From Octopus vulgaris (Eukaryota), in assembly GCA_951406725.2 (NCBI GenBank), contig OX597817.1:127348001-127412000 (forward strand): 64,000 nucleotides of DNA, given 5' to 3'. The position numbers were made by a program, and so were the translations under genes. The notes beneath the pieces were generated by a model that saw nothing but the letters and a program-made list of their open reading frames with translations, searched no databases and had not been told where the DNA came from. Of the stretch, positions 1 through 10,779 are shown piece by piece (within the stretch, counting starts at the first letter, position 1; each line of letters starts with the position of its first letter).

Positions 1-1123
1 ACCCATACATTAAGAGATGCTTATAAATACCAATAGATACACACGTATTGTATATGTGCGTATACATGCACACAGAACCTTATGTATACGTATGTATGTA
101 TGCGTGTGTGTGTGTGTGTGTGTGTACGTATGTATAAATCAGAGAAACTGAAATTAACTGAATGCATTCAAAGCGTCATTTCTGACGCTCTATTGTCTCT
201 GTCATCTCAACACACAGTTAAAATATACAAGAGAAACATCCGTAAATGAAACACTAGACGAAATAATTAAATGCATACATTGATACGCAGACGTCAGGAT
301 ATCTGTATACAATCCTGGTCTTAGACTTTGAGGCTTTACTGATGTCTTCGTAATGTCCGCTATATTGTTTATATCACAGTGCAGTGTTTTACTATTAGAA
401 TATTTTAAACTGTTTAAAGTATTAACAGTAATTTGTTGATGTAATATACCTGGCTAGCTTGACGTTAATAAAAAGATAAACTCGTATAATAAATGAAAAC
501 CATCATCGATTCTAATGATTGTATTCTAGTCACGTTATCCATTTTTTTAGTATCGAGTAACAAATTAAAAAACTTTTTTTTTCACAGAAAATTATAATTG
601 ACAATTTTCTTTGTTAGATTTCATTTTATGTTCTGGTCGATAATGTTTTCACGTGTCACAAATGTTGTCGCATAGAAACAACAAAACAAAAACAGTAAAA
701 AAACAATAACGAAAAACAAAAATGAACAACTGTAACGCAGTCTAAAATGCAAAATCAATGATCAGGGCATTATTAACCATAATAATTAAAAATTTGTTAT
801 GGGGTATATATAATAATGAAGAAACATGCTATACAGAGTTATTTTAAAGTCATGTGGGAATGTGCATAGTAAGTTGAGAGTGGGGAAAATCTTAACAGAT
901 CATCAAAGCATGTTAAACATCTAAAATACAACACAAGCAATTGTACCCCTCCTCACAAAGTGTTAAGAAAATTCCCGGCTAGGATATACCAAGAGAGCTC
1001 ATAACTACAAATACCTCCCACGCTTAGCAATATTGCTCTACGCCAAGTAAAATTGACATGGAGAATTCATTAATCGACCCTCTCATACGCAAAATTTGTG
1101 CTATCTATACCAATATCCTTTAC

Positions 1124-1522
1124 GTGTTTCAGTCATTGGACTGAGGCCAAGCCGATCACCGCTTTGAAATCTAACTTATCGAACCCTTAATTTTTATTTT
1201 CTGTTGTAAACCTGATATTTATTCCATCACTTACCTATGCCGAGCCGCTAGGTTACGAGGACGTAAACAAACACACGTTGTTAACGGGAGGTGGGGGCTA
1301 AACAAATAGAAACACATAATGCCTAAATATATATACATATTTATACACATATGTGTGTGTGTGTATGTGCATGTGCATGTGTGTGTGTGTATGTGCGTGT
1401 ATGTATGTGTGTGTGTGTATGCATGTATAAATTGCTTAGTCTAGTTTCTGTCAATCAAATCCACTTACAAGGTTCTATTCGGCCCTACTGAAGGTGCCAT
1501 GCAGTGGGATTGAACCCAGAAA
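1124..1522 (-). mobile_element. Degenerate copy of the tRNA-derived SINE family also seen at 4460-12784 and 13540-13970
   Basis: Shares TGTTTCAGTCATTGGACTG..GGCCA, TGCCGAGCCGCTAGGTTACG..GACGTAAACA, an internal (TG)n/(TA)n tract and GGTGCCATGCAGTGGGATTGAACCCAGA with the other copies. Confidence 0.75.
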
Positions 1523-1866
1523 CATCTGAATAATCATCATAAAGTTTTCTTTCAAAGATAAAGATCCAGTAATTTGGGAGAATATATTAGTAGGTTATAT
1601 CGACTCCCAACAGGTACTTATTTTATCTATGATTCATTTGATAATACTCAGCTAGCGCATTAATTATATTAATAAATAATTTTCATGTACATAGTACGTC
1701 ATAATTTTAGTTTATTAACTTTAAAATCATTATTTGAACGGGACCGGACAGATCAAACGCTAAGGCGAGATACGAACCCTAAACGTAAGCACATCAGAAA
1801 GCACCTTTGTATATATATGTGTGTGTGTGCGCACTTATGTGTGTATGTGTCTATCTATACATATTT

Positions 1867-1869
<3 letters not shown>

Positions 1870-1898
<29 letters not shown>

Positions 1899-1990
1899 TG
1901 TATGTATGCATGTATGTATGTACATATGTATGTATGTATGCATGTATGTATGTACATATGTACATATGTATGTATGTATGTATGTATGTA
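1870..1990. repeat. (TATG)n microsatellite
   Basis: Direct reading; source of the spurious MYVC ORFs. Confidence 0.95.
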
Positions 1991-2609
1991 GCAGAAGTAT
2001 CACTGAGTTAGAGATGCCCTCGTTTTGACCAAGCTAATTCAATACCTTATCACACTTCTCAGTTTTAGGACAGCGGTTTGTTCGATATATGAATAGAATT
2101 TGGTAGACAAAATGTGTAATATAACACACGCATACATACGCAACACACACACTCACAAAAACACAGACACAGAGACACACACAAACATGCGCATACACGC
2201 ATGCGCACACACACACAGGCACATATACATGTACGCACACGGACACACAGACACACAAGGAGAAATGCATGTCGACACGCATCTGAGAATTTACAGGTAA
2301 AAGATGGCAGCGATTCATTCAATAGTTGAGGCTAATGAAGTGAAAATTAGTCTGCATGTATTTAAATCAACAAACGACTTTATTTTTATTTCGGTTAAGT
2401 TGAATAAATCGGCCACGACAAATCAATAGCGATAACATAATTACGAATTTCAAATCACATTTAAATCTAACTATATGCATCTTAAAAACAAATAAATAAA
2501 CGCTTATCACAGAATATAGAGCGTTCTTTAGCAGCATGTGAAAATAATAGACATGAAATGAATATCTTCTTCCTATACTGCGTGTGTGCATGGCAGTATT
2601 CACATGACT

Positions 2610-2890
2610 TATCTTTTATCTCTTATCTTCTACTGGTTTCGACCGGAGGCTAAGGCCATGCTGGAGCAACATGTTTAAGTGTGACAGGTTTTCTTTCCTC
2701 TACTGTTTTTGGTGAAGTGACGATTTCGAGGTAGCTGCTCTTGTTTGTGCTTCTTGCAGCGATGTGGGTTCATCTGGTATCTCAGAAAAAAATTTCTGTC
2801 CAGACACTCTCTGAATACCTGCACATATACACCGCATATATTTCAGTCGCAGAATGATGAGTGGTTTTGGCTCCTTGAAACCCATCCTAT
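2610..2890 (-). pseudogene. Decayed 3' end of a CR1-like LINE whose tail resembles the SINE 3' tail
   Basis: Minus translation GFKEPKPLIIL...KFFSEIPDEPTSLQEAQTRAATSKSSLHQ resembles the CR1-type ORF2 C-terminus (LDKFLxxIPDEP). It is followed by GGCCATGCTGGAGCA and a (TATCTTT)-type tail as in the SINE. Confidence 0.55.
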
Positions 2891-3017
2891 ACTGTTATAA
2901 TATTGGCTCCTTATTGTAAATGGAGAATACGGGATTTTTGTAATACAGGGCCGTTTAGATCGGTAGTTCGTGTAGCTTTCAACTATAAATTTTGGAGCTT
3001 TACCTAGCTAAACCTAT

Positions 3018-3066
<49 letters not shown>

Positions 3067-3216
3067 TTAGCTGAATTAGAGGTGAAAATAACCTCTAAAG
3101 GATAGAAGTATTAAACTACGGTATATTACCTATGTTTAACGGTCATACATACGCAAGCATACTATGCTCATAAATTATGGGTAAAGACAAAGATAACATG
3201 AGTTTATCAAGAATCA

Positions 3217-3217
3217 A

Positions 3218-3313
<96 letters not shown>

Positions 3314-3342
3314 TTAGGTAGGTAGGTAGGTAGGTAGGTAGA
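3217..3342. repeat. (GATA)n followed by (GGTA)n microsatellite
   Basis: Direct reading. Confidence 0.95.
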
Positions 3343-3577
3343 AATTTCCACCACTGGCTTGATGCTCTGCGTGACCTCAGTTAGGAGCAATCATCTAGAC
3401 GACAGAGGATGAAAGTTCTCCATAACAGCATGGCATCTTTTTTTTCTGGTTCGGAATGACCTCCGTATCTATTTAACTAGTCACTTGCACAGTATTGCAA
3501 TATATGATAATATGCACGTTCAATATTGCATCCTTACTGATGTGGATTGCAAGTCACACACCGACTCTGACTTCAAT

Positions 3578-3958
<381 letters not shown>

Positions 3959-4687
3959 GCATACGAAATTATAGCAAGGGCTTGGCTAGTGCCTCACCAC
4001 GCAGTGAAAAATAGACGCCAAAAGACATTATTACCACCATAAATTCTCCGAGAAAAAATTATGTATAATAGGCTAGCAGAAGAAAGAAAATGAAGTAAAA
4101 CTTTGGTTAACCGTGTATGTGATGGTGTTTAGGGCTTAAAGTAATAAAATCTCTACCTACTGCTTTCATCAGCTTTTGTATACCAGGCTGATAACTTGGT
4201 GAAAATTATTAATGATTTTACCCTTTGTTATTATAATTTATATTTGAAAAAATATTTACCCCTTGGTCAAAACTGTATTAACTGCAGACTTGATCTTTAA
4301 CATACTCCACGTGGCTTAAGAGAAGGATATGAATTCTACTTCGCAGTATATCTCTGCGAGTCTCGACGAATATTGTCTAAGCAAAGACGTATCTCGATTA
4401 CATATCTGTGGTCACTCGTATATTTATGCCCCGGAATACCGACGCTGATGAAGGCAATACTCTCTTTTACTCTTTATACTCTTTTACTTGTTTCAGTCAT
4501 TTGACTGCGGCCATGCTGGAGCACCGCCTTTAATTGAGCAACTCGACCCCGGAACTTATTCTTTTTTTGTAAGCCCAGTACTTATTCTATCGGTCTCTTT
4601 TGCAGAACCGTTAAGTAACGGGGACATAAACACACCAGCATCGGTTGTCAAGCGATGATGGGGGGACAAACACGGACACACAAACAA

Positions 4688-4724
<37 letters not shown>

Positions 4725-4852
4725 TACGACAGGCTTCTTTCATTTTCCGTCTACCAAATCCACTCACAAGGTATTGGTCGGCCCGGGGCTATAGCAGAAG
4801 ACACTTGACCAAGATGCCACGCAGTGGGACTGAACCCGGAACCATGTGGTTG

Positions 4853-4867
4853 GTTAGCAAGCTACTT
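4853..4867. repeat. Target-site copy 1 (GTTAGCAAGCTACTT)
   Basis: Identical to 12747-12761; 10764-10779 differs by one extra A. Confidence 0.95.
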
Positions 4868-5095
4868 TCTTTCATATAATTTGCCATTTAGGCATTTACA
4901 AAGAGGGGACAAACAAGGACAGACAAATATAAAGGGTGAAGTAGCTTAACACAGTTACAATTTTCGAATGAAATTACGGATAAGATTATAAACAATGAAT
5001 TTTACGAAGGCAATGTTTAAAAATATTAATGATCATGTCGAAGGACGGACACACAGCCATCCGGGTAGAACCTTTACTTTCTGATCCGGTCACAC

Positions 5096-8000
5096 TTACC
5101 TGGTGCCAAACATACCCATCTTGTATGCCACAGGCTTCCATCTTTTCACAAACATATCTCGTGACAGACACCTCTTCTCCAGCCTGATTTTGCTACTGAG
5201 GTGGTAACTAAAAAAGTTAATCAACCCCTGGCCGGAGACAAAGTTGCCTGTCACTATACCTTTCGTACGCGTCTTCCATACTGTTTCTTTCAGTATGGCT
5301 ACTACACAGAAAAAACAAGCCTTTCTTTCCCTGTTAAGGAAAGGGGGCGGCACAATCTCGATGATAGACTCAGCCGATAGCTGTACTCTTCCCATCACTG
5401 ACAACAGTTGTTCAACAAAAGCTATCAGTCCCGATAACTCCGGACACTCCACGAATGCGTGCAAGACGGTCTCCCTATCCTGCTCACATCGCGGGCATGT
5501 CGGCGAGACGGCACTACCATGCCTTGACAGCTTGTCGCGAACAGGTAAAGCCGCACGGAAACACTGCCAGGCTAGGGATTTCTGGTAATTATCCAGATAC
5601 CCCGGCCCGAACGTCCTCCGGAACAGGTTGACCAACTGATTTTCATCGTAGCCCAGGGTCTCCCCCAAGGCGTCTTCGGACTTAATCTCCACTAACCCGC
5701 TATAGAAATCCGTGGTGGAACTCATGTTGCCGGCGTTGCCCACCCGAGATAGTAGCTGGAGCGCCTGACGGCACTCCAAATGCCATTCACTCAGTTTAGG
5801 TCTCCGCTTGATCCATGCACCGATGTCCGTTAGGGATGTTAACTGGGGATGGTAGAACCGGACGTGCGGCGACCACACCTGCTCTCCATCCAGGTAAAGC
5901 CAGAGGTGCCTCAACCTTAACGCGAGTTTTCGCATCCTCAGCCAAGGCATCCCTAGCCCACCCTTTAGCGGTTTCTGGCAGCAGACAGAGCGCTTTACAA
6001 GTAGCTTTCCTCCTTTCCACAAAAATCGGAAAAGGATTCTCTCCAACTTGTTCAGCCACAAATCGGGGCAAGGCACCACGGTCAGACGGTAGGTGATTAC
6101 TGATGCTATAAACATCTGCACCACCTCCGCCTTCCCTAGCAGGGATAACGCCCGCCCAGACCAGGTCTGGGTTAGAGCGGTCACCTTGTTGGCCACCTCA
6201 CTCCAATTTTTCTCAATCTGGAGGTCTGGCCCGAACCAGACTCCGAGCAGCTTAACAGGACCTTCCGCCCAACGCCCTACGACGTTATAGGACGGCATCG
6301 GCTTGCCCCTCCAGGTGCCGAGTTGCAAACCGACCGACTTGTCCTTGTTAACCTTTGCCCCTGCCACCGCCTCGTAGCTTTTGATGGCCTCTTCCACCAC
6401 TGGAAGCTGGCCTTCGTCTGCCACGATGATGGAGGTGTCATCCGCATACGCCGTAGCTCCTCTTCCACACCATAGATCATGCGGCGCGCCCCCTAGTGCC
6501 TCCAACTTCCGCAGCAAAGGCTCAAGAGCCAATACGTATAGGAGCGAGGACAGGGGACACCCTTGACGAACTGAACGCTCGATCGTGAACGGCTTCGAAA
6601 AGGAACCGTTCACCTTGACTACATACTCGATGTCGCTATACAAAGCAGCGATCCAACCTCGAAAGGTCGGGCCTAGGCCAGCCTCTCCGAGGACCGCCAC
6701 CAGGTACCGATGGTCAACCCTATCAAATGCTTGGACTGGTCTAAATGTACCAGTGCTTCCCCTGCGCCAGAAAGCTTCCCCACCCTCTCTAAGGAGTAGC
6801 GTATAAGGTGGAGATTGTCGTGGATCGTTCTGCCGGGGATAGCGCACGTTTGCGCTTCCCCGACAAGTTTGTCCACGACCCGCGCCAACCTTTTGCTAGC
6901 ACCTTGGCCAGAATCTTTAACTCTGTGTTTAACAGAGTTATGGGCCTGAAGTTCCCTATCTCGTCCCCCTTGTTCGGGTCCTTCCTGATCAACGTCACCG
7001 CCCCCCGGCTCGCAGACTTGGGAATTCTCCCATTCTGCTGCCAGTTGGCGTAGACGCTAGCCAGCAGGTGCCCGAACAAGTCTGGCATACTTCTATAAAA
7101 TTCATAGGGCAGACCATCGAGACCCGGCGAGTTCTCCCCGGGGCACTTGCCCAACACCTCGATTACTTCCTCGGCTGTGATTGGCCCTTCACAGCACTCA
7201 GCCTCTCGTGTCGAGAGGCGCGGGCCACCAGACAGGAAGTCCCTAAGGGCCTCACCATGATCCAGCGTCCCGCACCTCCCGAACAACTCGGCGAAGTGCT
7301 TGTGAAGTGCCTCACGCATCTCGTCCCGCTTCTTGATCGTGCATCCGTTTTCATCAACAAGAGACCCAATTGTGGCATCGTTTCCACACTGTGTTTCTAT
7401 CGTACGGGCCCATCCGGCAACATTAATTCCCTCACGGCCCAATGCTCGTACTTTAGCCCGGACTCTACATCCCTCATGTTTGGTTTTGAGGTGACGGTCT
7501 AATGCCGTTCTCGCCGCTAAAATGTGAGATGCAGAGCCCAACCTCAACGCCTCCTCTAAGTTCTTAACTAGTTGCCCTTCTATTCTATCCCTATCTAGTC
7601 TTAGTTGTTTACTAAATCTAATGGACTCGAATCGAATGGCTCTTTTGAGGGTGAACCACCACCGGTTATTAACCACGGCTCCGGTTAACGCCCTCTGCAC
7701 TAACACCTTAATCCGGCTACGGTATGCCTCGCGTGTCAAAATAGACTTGTTCAGCTTCCAGTAGCCGGTTCCTATCTTAAGTGTGCTATCTATGTCCAGT
7801 CTACACGTGACCATTCTATGGTCAGTATAGGGCACCTGGACGAGCTGTGGACAACTAAAACTAGACTTATCTCTAGTTCTTATCACTATCCTGTCTAGAT
7901 AAGACTTGAATCTTCCGTCGCCACTCATCCAGGTCCACTCTGGGACGTTCGGATGGTCAAGTCTGTAACGATCTGCTAGCTGAAACCGCTTAAGCAGATC

Positions 8001-8496
8001 CACGAGACGGGAGTTCACTTTCCTATAGATCGAGCCAACGCTATCGATGTGTACGTCAACGATAGCATTAAAGTCCCCTAATATCACTAAAGTCTTCGAC
8101 GTCACGAGAAACCCCTCTAGGCGCCGATAAAAATCAGTTTGGAAACCTCTAGCACAAGGTGCATAGAGTCCGATCAACCTGAAGGCCTTACTGCTATATA
8201 TCACATCAAGGACGACCAGCCCACCTTCTGGGTCTACATAGACTGTACTTGTCTGTAGGGCCAAGTCTTTACGGATCAGTAACACTACGCCCCCTCGCCC
8301 TCCGCGTCTGACCAGGAGACATGATTTTCTCGTAGCCATTCAGGAGAGGCGAGAAGGTTTGTAGGCTGTCCAGCTTGGTCTCTGTAGCAACCATCACATG
8401 TATATCATGTGATCTGAGGTCGTCGAGGAAACAAGCCTGCTTCAACTTCGAACTCAGACCACGCACATTTAAACAATCAAGGTTAAGCGAAGCCAT
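5096..8496 (-). CDS. Tx1-like ORF2 of element A: AP endonuclease + reverse transcriptase + C-terminal zinc finger, with three frameshifts (~8300, ~6890, ~6730)
   Basis: APE motifs LNVRGL, ATETKL, LYAP, ILGDFN, SYLDRI, YTDH; RT motifs SPGLDG, FRPITLLN, DQSKAFDRVDH, VRQGCPLS, YADD, LLGV; CPRC-X8-H-X4-C. The pieces join colinearly with the intact ORF2 of element C. Frameshifts could be decay or assembly indels. Confidence 0.92.
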
Positions 8497-8639
8497 TACA
8501 AAAAGCAAAAGTTCTACTTACATTTTGTTGGAGAGGTGGGGGCCGACCTCACCACACGTTTGTGGGCCCCTTCTTTCTCCTCTTTCTTCAGATAGTCCGG
8601 CAAGTTCGCGATATGCCGGATGGCGTTTGGGTGAAGACA

Positions 8640-8678
8640 GAAAGCGCCCGCCGACTTTTGCTTCTCTAAAACATTGTT
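8640..8678 (-). other. Conserved 39-nt post-ORF1 motif (predicted RNA stem-loop), copy in A
   Basis: 37/39 identical to 10890-10928 in element B. Confidence 0.8.
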
Positions 8679-8690
8679 CTTTTTAAAAAG

Positions 8691-8816
8691 ATTAACACAA
8701 AACGAGGTATTAAACCTCTTACAATTTTTCCAATTTTGGGCTTAGCAGTCCATTATTAATACAAAACGAGGTATTAATCCACTTACAATTTTTCAATTTT
8801 TGGACTTAAGTCCATT
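8691..8816. repeat. Two tandem ~63-bp direct repeats immediately after the ORF1 stop of element A
   Basis: ATTAAYACAAAACGAGGTATTAA...AGTCCATT at 8691-8754 and 8755-8816. Confidence 0.9.
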
Positions 8817-8817
8817 A

Positions 8818-10060
8818 CTAATAATACATATCGTCCTCGAAATAGCTTGTGCCCGCGCCCTCCACCATCAACCACGCCTCCCTCAGAACGTAGTCAAGTT
8901 CCGAGTTCGCGTCGCCCGGGACCAAGTTATAATCTTCATTGAGCTCCTTTAGCCCTAGCGTCACGTCGAACGCCACGGCCTCCACAGCTACCTGCGGAGG
9001 CCATTCGGGGTCCTGTGTGAAGGCTAAAGGTGCTCCCTTGTAGTGCTCTTCCATCACTTTTTCAATTTCTCCTCCCCTATAGAAGAGGACCAATACATTC
9101 AGTTCTTTCGTTGGCGGCACAGTTTCCGCCAACGGTATTCCTTCTCTTGTCGGTGGCACAACCCCAACCGACGTAGTTCCGCGACATTCCGGTGCCACAC
9201 TGACAGCCGGCAACGTCCCGTTTTTCTTCCTCTTTTTCTTTTTTTTTTCCCTTTTCAACTGAGGGAGGGTGCGTCTCCTCCGTGGCTGGAAGATTCGCCC
9301 TCCTCTCCTCATCCCTATTATCCTTTGGTGAGCACCCATTGTTGCTCACCTTCCTCTTTCGGCCTCTGCTTGAGGAGTCCTCTGCTTTCTCGGCCGTTAT
9401 CGTTCCCTCTTCTAGAGGGGTTTTACTTAACTGTTCCGGGATCCTATTTTGTTCCCGAGGACAGTTCTTCTTTATGTGGCCGGGCTCCAAGCACCGATGA
9501 CACTTAGGGGGGCGACCCTCAAGCATCACCGGGTACCTGCACCCGGCCATTTTCAAAAAATCTGGAAAAACCAGATTGGCTGATTGGGTCCACAGGGTCA
9601 AAATTGCTTTCGAGCCAACCCAAGCAGCCGCAGGAAGAACTTTTACATTGAGGAGCTTAGTTTCGCTGTCACCCAGACCCCGGCGGATGGTCTCCTCTAT
9701 CCACTCGGGTTCTATGTCGGGTGGCAGTCCGCAGATCCAAGCTTTCATCAATTTCTTTTTTTTGTACGTGGGCAGGAATAAGATTTCCTTACCCTCCAAG
9801 GGTTCGCTAGCAAATTTGCAAGCCTCTTCAGGGGTGTCAAACAGCAACCACACCGTTGCATATTTGACACCCCTGGAAATGAATTTAATTGTTGGCAAAT
9901 ACTCCTCCAACTTCTCAATTGCCGTCTTTTCGAATAGGGCGATGGTGTCAAGTGCCTTGGAGTAGGTTCTCAACACCACCGTCCTATCTTCACGGTCCTT
10001 CAACCACTTTTTGGGTGGTATGATTTCCCACTCCAAAACTTTGTTATTTTTCATTGCCAT
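8818..10060 (-). CDS. Tx1-like ORF1 (gag-like nucleic-acid-binding protein) of element A, one frameshift in the A-rich run near 9225-9250
   Basis: Knuckle CHRCLEPGHIKKNC (CX2CX4HX4C) and basic NLS-like runs. The C-terminal frame (GVVPP, LFYRGGEIE, WPPQVAVE) aligns with the continuous ORF1 of element B (GCVPP, LYHKGEEVE, WPPQVAAE). Confidence 0.85.
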
Positions 10061-10763
10061 GTTTTTTTAAAAATATATTCAAATTAAACTCAAAAGCAGG
10101 AAGAAAAAAGTTCAAAAGTCTAAATAAATTTGATAGATTTTTGAAAAAACAAAAAAGGAGAAAGCACAACAGAAGGGAAGAAATTAACGGAAAGTCGCAA
10201 TAAAGAAAAAACAAAAGGGGGGGGGGGTTAAATGAAGTTCAAAAGAAAGTTAATAAACAGAAAAAACACAGCAAAAATATTCTGGCCTTGCGGTACTCCC
10301 GGCCTGGGTTGAACCTGGAACGCCGCAACTGCAACACAACCTCCACAAAAATGGGTCCGAAAGGTAATCCAATAGTGGCTTATTTTTATACTTTTCTTGC
10401 GAAGTACTCTGACAAGGGAATAAATTCAACAAATCCAAACACAGCACTGGCTACCGCCAACGGTGATTTTAACAGTAACTGTATTGAATTCTGAGGATAC
10501 GCCCCTCCACTGTTTTTTTTTTTTTTTTTTTTCAATGAACACATAAACGGCAGCCGCCTAGCGCAGGCGAAATTGTCTCAGAGTTGGACACAACCTACTG
10601 AAATAATAATTGGCACGCAATAAATTATGCCCAACTCACAATAAACAAAATCACTTACCTCGACAACTTTCCGTTTTTTGGTTTTTTTTCTTTAGTTGGA
10701 CAGAGCTTGTTACTCACGTCCACTCTAGCTCAACAAGAAGCAACTGACTAACTGCGCATGTGC

Positions 10764-10779
10764 GTTAGCAAAGCTACTT
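10764..10779. repeat. Target-site copy 2 (GTTAGCAAAGCTACTT) separating elements A and B
   Basis: Target 15-mer with a single A insertion; followed by a 3'-end-like sequence matching that of A. Confidence 0.9.

Larger units (their letters stand above)
4868..10763 (-). mobile_element. Full-length Tx1-clade (L1 group) non-LTR retrotransposon, element A
   Basis: 5' UTR, ORF1 with CCHC knuckle, spacer, ORF2 with APE-RT-CCHC and a short A-rich 3' end; bounded by target copies at 4853-4867 and 10764-10779. Confidence 0.92.

Noticed and set aside
10280-10306. Resemblance of GGGAGTACCGCAAGGCC (minus) to a bacterial 16S rRNA motif
   Set aside because: Very short, not extended, and the B homologue lacks CGCAAGG; treated as coincidence
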